From an uncultured Eubacteriales bacterium (GTDB lineage Bacteria > Acidobacteriota > Aminicenantia > Aminicenantales > Aminicenantaceae): a stretch of 64,000 nt of DNA. The DNA lies in the NCBI GenBank assembly GCA_964449165.1, contig CAYVAT010000001.1, forward strand, positions 79,159-143,158. The letters are read 5' to 3'. The first letter of the stretch is position 1, and each line of letters starts with the position of its first letter. This document shows, in pieces, positions 30,052 to 39,177 of this stretch. The translations under genes were made by a program, and so were the position numbers. The notes beneath the pieces were generated by a model. That model saw only the letters and a program-made list of their open reading frames with translations. It was not told the origin of the DNA and did no database searches.

Positions 30052-30178
30052 GGCTATTTTTATTTGCTCAGCATCCTGCGCGCCATTCGATCCTTGGGAT
30101 GGTTTTACTGAAGAATCTGTCCTGTTAATCCACGATGAAGACTTTTGCTCCTTCTTTGCTCAAAGCTGGAAGGCAGAT

Positions 30179-30997
30179 TCAGATTTCTTCGTTCGAAATG
30201 ATCAAGATTCTCCCAGTGCCCATAGAGAGGTAATTATCGCCGTAAGCTTTTTTGAATAAGGTGATAGCCTTTTCTCCTGTGCAGTGGGTGGCTCCGCAAT
30301 TCATAACTCCCAGTTCTTTAAAACTTTGGAGGATCTCTTGCAGTTCCGAATCTTGCTTTGCTCCTAGATGAAAACCTCCGAAAACCAGGTAGATCGGTTT
30401 GTCCAACATTTCCTTTGCCCGTTTGAGGATATTGACTATCCCTTGATGTGAACAGCCTGTTACTATTACCAGGCCTTTTTTGGTGTTTATGATCAGTGAC
30501 TGTTCTTTGATCTGCTCTCCCATCTCCCCGGTCAGGTACACGTCCTGACATATCTCAACAGGATTGTCCACACTCACCACTTTTGCTTTGCTCTTTTCCA
30601 CATCCTGGACAAATTCGGAGGGGAAGGATATTGGCAGGTATACAGTGACATCATGGTTTTTATCCAATACAGTGGACAAACCTCCTGTGTGATCATGATG
30701 GATGTGAGAAATGACGATCAATTCTATTCGGTTCAAATTAACGTTCAGTTGTTGAACATTATGCATCAGGATATCGGGTTGAGTTCCTGTGTCAAACAGA
30801 ATTGTCTTTTCTGTTCCCTCTATCAAGCATGAAAATCCCCAGTCCGTTTTTGTCCCCTCCTTATAAAGATAGTTATCATAGAGGATCGTGAATTTTACAG
30901 GATCTTTGGTATCTGTTCGAACTAGACCAAGGGATACAAATAGAATTAAAAGCAGACAGATGAGCAAAACTTTCCTTGTTTTGGATTTGATGTCCAT
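30179..30997 (-). CDS. MBL-fold metallo-hydrolase, secreted
   Basis: A signal peptide, then VISHIHHDHTGG (HxHxDH). A strong AAGGAGG ribosome-binding site is present. Confidence 0.75.
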   Translation of the reverse strand: MDIKSKTRKVLLICLLLILFVSLGLVRTDTKDPVKFTILYDNYLYKEGTKTDWGFSCLIEGTEKTILFDTGTQPDILMHNVQQLNVNLNRIELIVISHIHHDHTGGLSTVLDKNHDVTVYLPISFPSEFVQDVEKSKAKVVSVDNPVEICQDVYLTGEMGEQIKEQSLIINTKKGLVIVTGCSHQGIVNILKRAKEMLDKPIYLVFGGFHLGAKQDSELQEILQSFKELGVMNCGATHCTGEKAITLFKKAYGDNYLSMGTGRILIISNEEI

Positions 30998-31305
30998 GTT
31001 ATTCCTCCTTTTTTCATTCCTTTAAAAAACTTTTTCTTTTGTTTATTTTTATAGGAAGCTTGGAAGGTCTTTTCATCCTTTTATCCCATTGAGGTAGAAA
31101 TAATTTTAAGGTAGATCATTGTATACAATTTATAGAGTAAAGAGAAGGCTAAAAAGGATTTCAGCGCCTTTTTTTTCTTGACTGAGATTTCAGCCTTATA
31201 ATAAATTAGGGTTTCCGTTTAAATGCATTTAAAATTGTTTTTTTTATTGATTAAGGCTCGCCAGGGAACCGGAATAAAAATTAATACGATGAACAGGAGG
31301 TTTTT

Positions 31306-33339
31306 ATGAAAAAATTTATTAGAAGCACTTTAGCTTCTGGATTGATGTTGTTGGTTCTCGGATCAGGTGCTGCATTCGGCGGAGAAAAGATCAAACTCCT
31401 GACTGATGAGACATTCATGGAAATGGAAACAGTGCGAAATCCCAGTATATCCCCAGACGGGCTGCTGATCCTTTTTTCCCGGGGCTGGGTGGATAAGATG
31501 GAGGATCGCTCCCGAAGTAATCTCTGGATTGTGGATGTAGAGGGACGAAGAGTCCGGGAACTCACTCATGGAAACTGGAGGGATTTTTCTCCTGTCTGGT
31601 CACCTGATGGGAAGAAGGTCGCCTTCCTTTCCGACAGAGATGGAACGACTCAGATTCATGTGATGTGGCTGGACACCAGGGAAGTGGCCCAGCTCACCCA
31701 TGTGGAGAACACACCAAATGATTTGGCTTGGTCTCCTGATGGAAAGATGTTGGCCTTCACCATGTACATTCGCGATGAGAAGCCTATCCTGTCTGTGAAA
31801 CTTCCCAAGAGGCCAAGGGAAGCCAAGTGGGCCAAACCTGCCATCATCATCGACAGGCTTTCCTGGAGAAGAGACGGAAGAGGGCCCATACCCAAAGGAT
31901 ACAGCCATATTTATGTGATCGATGCTGAATTGGGAGGGACGCCGCGGCAGATTACTTCTGGTAACTATTCCCACAATGACCCTCAGTGGTCTGCTGACGC
32001 AAAGACTATTTATTTCAGCGCCATCCGCAAACCTGATGCAGAGTACCTCCATGGTGATACAGAAATTTATTCGCTCGATCTTGAAACTCTTGAGGTCAAG
32101 GCTTTAACAGATAGAAAAGGGCCCGATCGGGGCGCCCGCGTATCTCCTGATGGAAAATGGATTGCCTATACAGGCTATGATGACAAGAACTACACAAGCC
32201 ATCTCTCCAATCTCTATCTCATGGATATCAATGGAGAGGGAAAGCGCCTTCTTGCCGGAAATCTTCCCAGTTCGCCTTATTACTATACCTGGTCGGCGGA
32301 TGACTCCGGACTTTATTATTTGATGGCAGAAAGGGGAGAGTCCAACCTCTATTTCGTTTCCACAGCCGGGAAAATCAACAAGATCACCGAAGGCGTCCAT
32401 TATCTCTCTGGGTTGTCCCTGGCCAAAAATGGACAGCTGGCAACCACTCTTTCCTCTTTTTATAAACCAGGATACCTGGTGACTTTTCATGTGAGCAAGC
32501 CAAAGGATATAAAGAAACTCGTGGATGTCAATGAGGATGTGCTGGCGAATGTGAAACTGGGAGAAGTTGAGGAGATGTGGTTCAAGTCCCCTGATGGACT
32601 GGACCTGCAGGGCTGGTTGATCAAACCCGCCCAGTTTGATCCCAACAAGAAATACCCCATGATTCTCTATATCCATGGTGGTCCCTGGGCTATGTACTCT
32701 GTTCGATTCAGCTGGCCATGGCAGAATTTTGCTGCCAACGGATATGCAGTTTTATACATGAATCCGCGTGGAAGTACCGGCTATGGCCAGGATTTTGTCA
32801 ATGGCATTCAGTTCTCCTATCCTGGTAAGGATTATGACGATTTGATGGCTGGCGTGGATGAAGCCATAGCCAAAGGATTCATCCACGAGGAGAACCTTTT
32901 TGTCTGTGGTGGAAGCGGTGGAGGAGTTCTGACAGCCTGGATTGTCGGGCACACCGACCGCTTCAGAGCGGCTGTTTCGATGAGGCCGGTGATAAACTGG
33001 CATTCATTTGCCGGAACCACTGACGGTTCGATGTGGTACAGGCAGTTTAAGAAATATCCATGGGAAGATCCCGTGGAATATGCAATGCGTTCCCCTCTTC
33101 ATTATGTGGCCAACGTCAAGACTCCAACTATGGTTATGACAGGGGAGGAGGATCTGAGAACTCCCATGGGTCAGAGCGAGGAGTACTACCGTGCCCTGAA
33201 AATGCTCAAGAAGGAAACCCTGCTGGTGAGAATGCCCGGAGAATATCACGGCTGGCGGCGTCCATCCCACAGAGTGCTTCAGCAGCTCTATCTCATGGCC
33301 TGGTTCGAAAAGTACATGAAAAAGAGCGAGGATCAGTAG
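31306..33339 (+). CDS. S9 family serine peptidase (prolyl oligopeptidase/acylaminoacyl-peptidase-like) with N-terminal beta-propeller
   Basis: A signal peptide, repeated WSPDGK propeller motifs, and the C-terminal catalytic domain with GGSGGG (GxSxG) and a conserved His region. Confidence 0.85.
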   Translation: MKKFIRSTLASGLMLLVLGSGAAFGGEKIKLLTDETFMEMETVRNPSISPDGLLILFSRGWVDKMEDRSRSNLWIVDVEGRRVRELTHGNWRDFSPVWSPDGKKVAFLSDRDGTTQIHVMWLDTREVAQLTHVENTPNDLAWSPDGKMLAFTMYIRDEKPILSVKLPKRPREAKWAKPAIIIDRLSWRRDGRGPIPKGYSHIYVIDAELGGTPRQITSGNYSHNDPQWSADAKTIYFSAIRKPDAEYLHGDTEIYSLDLETLEVKALTDRKGPDRGARVSPDGKWIAYTGYDDKNYTSHLSNLYLMDINGEGKRLLAGNLPSSPYYYTWSADDSGLYYLMAERGESNLYFVSTAGKINKITEGVHYLSGLSLAKNGQLATTLSSFYKPGYLVTFHVSKPKDIKKLVDVNEDVLANVKLGEVEEMWFKSPDGLDLQGWLIKPAQFDPNKKYPMILYIHGGPWAMYSVRFSWPWQNFAANGYAVLYMNPRGSTGYGQDFVNGIQFSYPGKDYDDLMAGVDEAIAKGFIHEENLFVCGGSGGGVLTAWIVGHTDRFRAAVSMRPVINWHSFAGTTDGSMWYRQFKKYPWEDPVEYAMRSPLHYVANVKTPTMVMTGEEDLRTPMGQSEEYYRALKMLKKETLLVRMPGEYHGWRRPSHRVLQQLYLMAWFEKYMKKSEDQ

Positions 33340-33351
33340 ATAAGATTCTTA

Positions 33352-34482
33352 TTATGCGATGGGCGGAAGTGTTATTCCTTCCAGCTCAAAAATGACACAG
33401 CGTTCTCCCTCTTCTACCTGGCCAAGGTCAAGAAGTTCATAATCCGCATTCCTCCCTGTTTCGATTGTCCGGTCAGCTTCTTCCTCTGGCACAAAAATGT
33501 AGAATCCGATCCCCCAGTTGAAGGTGGTGAGACAGTCTCGGAGGCTGACACCGAGTTCTAGCATGAACTGAAAAAGCGGCGGGATTTCCTCAATCCATTT
33601 TTTGATTCGATAGGTGAAGGGTCGTTTGTCATAGGCGATCTTTGAAATCCCTCCGCCCGTGCCTCCGAGCAAAGAATGTATCTCGATATTGTTCTCCAGC
33701 AATGTTTCGACAAGCCTGACATAGGATCGGGTGGGGATGAGAGCTTCCTCTCCCAGGGTGTTTCCGTTCGGCAGTTGATGGAGGAACTTTTCTTTAAGGC
33801 TAAGTGCCCGCTTGATCACCAGAGAAATCCCGTTAGAGTGGAGTCCGGATGATGCTGCGCCAATTATGCGGTCTCCGACTCGCAGCTTCTCTCCCGTAAC
33901 CATTCTCTCCGCGGGAGCAACAATTCCTGTGACACAACCTGAAAGAGAAGGGGCGCTCTTTACTGGGGGGGCAGCCTTGATCAGGTAGCGAAGCGAAGGG
34001 GATTCCCCGGCTGGTAAGGCCATCCCGCACATCTCACAGACCTTATAATAACTTTCAGCCAAGTCAAGGCTTCGCTTTTCATCCTGAAACCACTCACTGT
34101 CGCCGGCTGCGACTTCATCAGTATAGATGGCTGGAAGAGCACCCTGGCAGATCACATCATTGGCTGCCATTAGAGCCGCGTCAATGCCAATGCCTTCATA
34201 GTAAGTTCTTCCTGTTCCTGCATGCTGATACATCCATTCGGCAATCCAGTTTTTATTGCCCAGCCCTTCCTGAGTCATGCACCAGAGATGGGATTTGTCT
34301 CCTCGATATCTGAAAACGACTCCGTGGGTTCCCAGGCTTTCCTCTTCGATATAGACATCTCTTTTGTTGGGAAATTTCAGCGTTTTCTTACCAATATGAA
34401 CCATAGCCATCTTGAATGGCTCGATCTTTTCATAATTAACACCTGCCTGGGCATACTCCGATTTTGGCTGTTTCTCTGACAT
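33352..34482 (-). CDS. PurM-family protein (AIR synthase / AIR-synthase-related)
   Basis: YAQAGVNYEKIE, TQEGLGNKNW, IGIDAALMAANDVICQGALP and AGESPSL align to PurM motifs (YKDAGVD, GTDGVGTKL, IGIDLVAMCVNDL, GGETAEMPG). 376 aa is longer than typical PurM. Ortholog versus paralog cannot be decided from the sequence. Confidence 0.6.
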   Translation of the reverse strand: MSEKQPKSEYAQAGVNYEKIEPFKMAMVHIGKKTLKFPNKRDVYIEEESLGTHGVVFRYRGDKSHLWCMTQEGLGNKNWIAEWMYQHAGTGRTYYEGIGIDAALMAANDVICQGALPAIYTDEVAAGDSEWFQDEKRSLDLAESYYKVCEMCGMALPAGESPSLRYLIKAAPPVKSAPSLSGCVTGIVAPAERMVTGEKLRVGDRIIGAASSGLHSNGISLVIKRALSLKEKFLHQLPNGNTLGEEALIPTRSYVRLVETLLENNIEIHSLLGGTGGGISKIAYDKRPFTYRIKKWIEEIPPLFQFMLELGVSLRDCLTTFNWGIGFYIFVPEEEADRTIETGRNADYELLDLGQVEEGERCVIFELEGITLPPIA

Positions 34483-34483
34483 G

Positions 34484-34576
34484 TCAGACCTCTTTGGTTA
34501 ACTCTTCCTGATCAGCCTTTGGAGGATAGTTTGGAATGACGGCAATTGTCTTACCCTTGTATTCGAACATGTTCAT
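34484..34576 (-). CDS. 30-codon small ORF (MNMFEYKGKTIAVIPNYPPKADQEELTKEV) translationally coupled to the PurM-family gene
   Basis: A perfect GGAGG lies 8 nt upstream of the ATG (cttGAGGAGGttataaaATG). The TGA is separated from the PurM-family ATG by one nucleotide (TGAcATG). It falls below the ORF-track length cutoff. Confidence 0.35.
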   Translation of the reverse strand: MNMFEYKGKTIAVIPNYPPKADQEELTKEV

Positions 34577-35160
34577 TTTATAACCTCCTCAAGATTGCCT
34601 GTTTTCAAAATTGACTCTAAATTGAATAATTCCTCCACGAGAGAATGTAAAATAGAAAAATTTTTTAAAATAAGCAAATCCTTTAAATTTTAGGAAGATT
34701 CTGATTGCGTCTATAATGAAAATATTCATCATAGCCAACTGATAAAGTTGGGATTTCCCGTTTCATGAATTTTGTAGCTGCGGCTGTCCAGCTTGCAAAG
34801 CAAAAATAGAATAATGATTCGTTTGTGAAGTGTCAAATTGAAATCCTGCCGGCTTTCCCGAAATGCTTGGTCTGCTGGCGTTCTGATAACATTTTCTCTT
34901 TCCTGTTAATCGTTCTCTACGGATTGATGAGTAAAGAGATTTGTCCCGATTGGTTAGTGAAATGATTGATTGCATCCATCATCAGCAGCTCTCGAGGGAG
35001 TAGAGATATTATCATCGCGTACTGTTTGATTTCCTGAATGAAGGAGCTATAATATTCATGCATTTTTCAGAGTTTATTTGATGGGATCATCAAATTGAAG
35101 GAGAGCTAGTCACCAAATGACTCATAAACCATCCAAAAAATTCAGGAGAGGAGGCACATC

Positions 35161-35775
35161 ATGTCCAGAGTAAAACTTGTGGTGGTCTACTACAGCTCTA
35201 CGGGCACCAACTACCAGATAGCCCTGGCAGTGAAAGAAGCCGCAGAGAAGGCAGGGGCAGAGGTGCGGCTGGGCAAAGTGCACGAGTTGGCACCGGATGA
35301 AGCTATTGACCAGAATCCAGATTGGCGTGCCCACGCGGATGCTGCCAAGGACATTCCTGAAGCCACTCTTGACGATTTGGAATGGGGTGATGCCTACATT
35401 TTTGGCACACCCACCCGGTTTGGCAATGTGGCCGCACAGATGAAACAGTTTATCGATATGACCGGGGGGATCTGGTCTGAGGGGAAATTGACTGATAAAG
35501 TAGTGGCCGGATTCACCAGCGCTCAGAATCCGCACGGAGGCCAAGAAAGTACCCTCTTAGCCCTGTACAACACATTTTACCATTGGGGTTGCATCATAGT
35601 TCCTCCCGGGTACACTGATAAGGCCGTCTTTGCCAGCGGCGGTAACCCTTACGGGGTCAGCGCCAATGCTGCTCCTGGACAGAAAGTCCCGGAAACGGTT
35701 CTCGATGCTGCTCGGCACATGGCCCGGCGTGTGGTGAAAGTGGCTCAGTGGGTTGTCAACGGCAAGAAACAATAG
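35161..35775 (+). CDS. wrbA: NAD(P)H:quinone oxidoreductase, WrbA/flavodoxin-like
   Basis: KLVVVYYSSTGTNYQIALAV is the flavodoxin-like FMN-binding N-terminus. 204 aa. A GGAGAGGAGG ribosome-binding site is present. Confidence 0.8.
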   Translation: MSRVKLVVVYYSSTGTNYQIALAVKEAAEKAGAEVRLGKVHELAPDEAIDQNPDWRAHADAAKDIPEATLDDLEWGDAYIFGTPTRFGNVAAQMKQFIDMTGGIWSEGKLTDKVVAGFTSAQNPHGGQESTLLALYNTFYHWGCIIVPPGYTDKAVFASGGNPYGVSANAAPGQKVPETVLDAARHMARRVVKVAQWVVNGKKQ

Positions 35776-35807
35776 GCTTGTAGTAAGTTGTACTGACAGT
35801 AATTTTC

Positions 35808-38216
35808 TTAAAACTCGAATTCGACGCCTAAAACTGGCAAAAGCCCCCAACCTGAGACGCGGTCGGGCTTTGTGTCGATTGTGTTCCAGTAATAGGAAAA
35901 TACATTCTTTCTGTTATAGACATTCCACACACTGAAGTAGATGATCAGATTGGAGGAGCTGAAGTAGAATCTCTTGTCAAAGCGGAGGTTCAGTGAGTGG
36001 TAAGCCGGAAGCCTTTCGCCGTTGAGATGGGTTTCATCAAAAACTCCACTGTTTACAGCCTGAGAGGCAACGACATCAAAAGGTGTATAGGGAGCTCCTC
36101 CAGCATAAATCCACTTCAGACCGAATTCCCAGAATTTGTTGAGTTTATAGCCGCCTTCTGAGGAGAACACGAGTCTGTTATCATAGACCCTGTTTCTCCA
36201 GACGCCATCCAGCCCCTTGTAGCACGATCGGAAATAAGAGGCGCTGATTACTCCGTAAAGCTTGTTTGCCAGTTTTTTCTGGATCATGAATTCAATGCCA
36301 AGGGATCGGGCCTTGCCGCTATCCAGGAGGCTTTCATGATTTGTGAAATGGTTGCCGTAGAATATCTCATCAAAGATGAATAACGATGGCTGTGCAGGAT
36401 CAACGGGTAGCTGGTTGTATTCTTTGATATATGCTTCCACAGAAAATCTCGTATTATCCGTCAACAAGTGGCGCATGCCCAGGACAGCATGATAGGCTAC
36501 AGGATCCTTTAAACTCTTGTGGCCTTCATTCTGGAAAAGTAGGACGAGGGGCAGATGCTGATGAAAAATCCCTGCCGCCCCATCTATAGATGTTCTGCTT
36601 GAAATCTTCCAGGAGAAGGAGAATCGGGGGGAGAGGTGCCAATTCTGGTTAAAGGTAAAATAATCCCCACGAACTCCCAAATTAAGTGTCAGCTTCGAAA
36701 AAGGATTCCATGTGTGATTGATAAAAGCTGCATACTGGTCGGCGGATGTCCGGTAATCCCACCAGACAGCCGGGGCTGCGTTTCCCAGGACATCGGTAAA
36801 TTCTGCGAGAAAATAATCATAGTTGTTCGTGAGATGCTTGATTTCGATCCCCAAACTCAGCTTGTTGGCCTTGTTGAACCTGTGATAATTGATATTTCTC
36901 AGAGTGAATATCCTTTCCGAGTTCTTCCCCTCCCTTGCCAGTTCCTCTGAGACCGTGTGATAGGTTGTATCTTTGTAATTTATGTAACTCTGGGAAAGGG
37001 ATGTACTTGAATAGCCCTTAGCCCCCCACACAAAGAACCAGTTCACGCCGACAGTATATTCTGTTGAATCCTGGCCGCCGTAAAAACTTTCTTTGTCTTT
37101 GAGGGCATCTTCTTTTTCAGTCCCACTGTCGTCAACACCGCCGATGCCGATAAAGATCAACTTGTTTCTCCTAGAAAGCTCGATATTCAGTTTTCCCTGA
37201 AAGTCATTCCAACTCACAGGTACTCCCTGCCCCATGAGACCGATTAAAAGATCGATATAACTCCGTCTGACAGAGAACATCCATGAGCCTCTGTCTTTAG
37301 CCAGAGGCCCTTCGGCAACCAGACCCATACCCATCATGCTCAGTTCAAGCTGATAGTCCCGCTCATCACGATTTCCTTCTCTGAATGATATATCCATGAT
37401 AGAAGACATCCGGTCCCCATATATCGGAGAGAATCCTCCCGCATAAAAACGGACATCACGGATAAAATCCACATTCAGAAGCCCGATTGCTCCGGATGTG
37501 GATCCCAGGTTAGGATAATGGTTAATGTTTGGAACCTCGATGTTATCTATGTAAAAAGCATTCTCTGCCGGGTTACCTCCTCGGACCACCAGAGTATTCA
37601 CCATATCACTGCTGACCTTGGCGATGCTGGGAAGGCTGGTGAGAATACGGCTGACATCTCCGGCAGATCCCGCCGATCTTCGTATTTCTTCGTTGGAAAA
37701 AATGGATGTGCTCGAAGGCTGCTCTTCCTGCCTGGAGAAGTAACTGGCGGTTACGGTTACTTCCTCTTCCTGAATGACATTGTCCAGCCTGAGGAGAACC
37801 TGGACATTTACGGTTCTTCTTGATTTGACGATAACATCGGGTATGAGTCGTGTTATATAAAATCGAGAAGAGATTTCAAGGGTGTAGCTTCCAACGGGAA
37901 TATCTGTAACCGTGAAATTTCCAGCCGTATCCGTATAAATTTCGAACGGAGTGTCAACAACCTTAATCTTTGCTCCAGGTATCGGCGATTTGAGTTCTGC
38001 GTCAACAACGCATCCTTTTATTGTGCCTTTCTGCGATTGTGAATCAGTGTTTCCTTTTGTGTAGCCAAAACTTGAGGCAAGCAAGAGAGCGAGGATGAAG
38101 AATAAAGTTACCAGAGGAAATCTCAGCGCCTTCCTCGTTGATTTCTTTAAGTTTGTCTTACCCTGATTATAGCCCATAGTGAAGAATCTTATCCGAGTCT
38201 TGTTCATTCTGTACAT
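35808..38216 (-). CDS. TonB-dependent-receptor-like outer-membrane protein with carboxypeptidase-regulatory-like N-domain
   Basis: A signal/TM segment, then GTIKGCVVDAELKSPIPGAKIKVVDTP...GSYTLEIS (CarbopepD_reg-like), then a plug and barrel. The C-terminus GVEFEF ends in Phe. 802 aa; the exact start is uncertain (no SD). Confidence 0.65.
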   Translation of the reverse strand: MYRMNKTRIRFFTMGYNQGKTNLKKSTRKALRFPLVTLFFILALLLASSFGYTKGNTDSQSQKGTIKGCVVDAELKSPIPGAKIKVVDTPFEIYTDTAGNFTVTDIPVGSYTLEISSRFYITRLIPDVIVKSRRTVNVQVLLRLDNVIQEEEVTVTASYFSRQEEQPSSTSIFSNEEIRRSAGSAGDVSRILTSLPSIAKVSSDMVNTLVVRGGNPAENAFYIDNIEVPNINHYPNLGSTSGAIGLLNVDFIRDVRFYAGGFSPIYGDRMSSIMDISFREGNRDERDYQLELSMMGMGLVAEGPLAKDRGSWMFSVRRSYIDLLIGLMGQGVPVSWNDFQGKLNIELSRRNKLIFIGIGGVDDSGTEKEDALKDKESFYGGQDSTEYTVGVNWFFVWGAKGYSSTSLSQSYINYKDTTYHTVSEELAREGKNSERIFTLRNINYHRFNKANKLSLGIEIKHLTNNYDYFLAEFTDVLGNAAPAVWWDYRTSADQYAAFINHTWNPFSKLTLNLGVRGDYFTFNQNWHLSPRFSFSWKISSRTSIDGAAGIFHQHLPLVLLFQNEGHKSLKDPVAYHAVLGMRHLLTDNTRFSVEAYIKEYNQLPVDPAQPSLFIFDEIFYGNHFTNHESLLDSGKARSLGIEFMIQKKLANKLYGVISASYFRSCYKGLDGVWRNRVYDNRLVFSSEGGYKLNKFWEFGLKWIYAGGAPYTPFDVVASQAVNSGVFDETHLNGERLPAYHSLNLRFDKRFYFSSSNLIIYFSVWNVYNRKNVFSYYWNTIDTKPDRVSGWGLLPVLGVEFEF

Positions 38217-38456
38217 CTGATTAAATCATACGATTTAATCAGTCGATTAATATAGATAAAAGTAGTCAACTTGTCAATAGAATTTTTAAAATATATAAAA
38301 CTGGTTAGAAAGAAGACCGGCCAGGATGATGATAAAAAAAGATGAAAAAATTGACAATCGGTCTAAATTCTCAGCGGCTTGCCATCACTGTTGAAAAAAT
38401 TTATAATCTAATCAAGCAATTAAAACAAACATTTAAAACAAGAAAGGACTCAAGAT

Positions 38457-39044
38457 ATGAATAGCCAAGAGCTATCGACCAGGGAAAAGATTATTCATGC
38501 GACTATCTTTTGCATAGAAAGAGAAGGAATTCAGGGTGTCACTATTCGTAAAATCGCCAGGGAAGCCGGTGTCAACAGTGCCGCGATTAACTACTATTTC
38601 GGCACAAAAGAGAAACTTTTGGACAAAGCGCTAAGAAAAACTATGGATGAGATGTCCAGCATGCCTGAAGAAATCCTCGATGGAGAGGGCCCGGATCACC
38701 GTGCCCGATTGCAAAATTTTTTTATAGCTTTGATGGATGGGATCCTCCGCTATCCAGGCATCACCAGAGCCCATCTTTACAGCACGATCTTTGAGTATGA
38801 TTATAACACTCTTTTTGTCCGGAGGTTCAATATCTTACTCGAGGATTTGATGAGCAAGATAAGAGGAGTTGAAGCAAAGGACAAGAAAAAAGACCTTAGA
38901 GTAACCTTAGTACAGATAATCTCAGCGATTGTCCTTCCCGCGCTCATGCCCCGGTTTGTCCGCCCTTTTGCCAAAGTCAATTTTGAGGACGCGAAAACGA
39001 GAAAGGATTATGTGGCAAGCCTCTTGGACCATTATTTTGATTGA
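38457..39044 (+). CDS. TetR/AcrR family transcriptional regulator
   Basis: N-terminal HTH GIQGVTIRKIAREAGVNSAAINYYFGTKEKLL. 195 aa. Confidence 0.85.
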   Translation: MNSQELSTREKIIHATIFCIEREGIQGVTIRKIAREAGVNSAAINYYFGTKEKLLDKALRKTMDEMSSMPEEILDGEGPDHRARLQNFFIALMDGILRYPGITRAHLYSTIFEYDYNTLFVRRFNILLEDLMSKIRGVEAKDKKKDLRVTLVQIISAIVLPALMPRFVRPFAKVNFEDAKTRKDYVASLLDHYFD

Positions 39045-39177
39045 CCGGCGATGCTTGCCCTTTTATACTTCAATCTCTTGGAAGCGCTCTAGTCATATGT
39101 TAAATTTCCATCAACTTGACGATCTCAATTACGGATGATGACACTTATTATTTAATTTCAAAGCGAAAGGAGGAAAG

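Noticed and set aside
29465-32676. ORFs 29465-29905(-), 29791-30111(+), 31600-32052(-), 32104-32676(-)
   Set aside because: They are shadow ORFs inside the APC permease and S9 peptidase genes.
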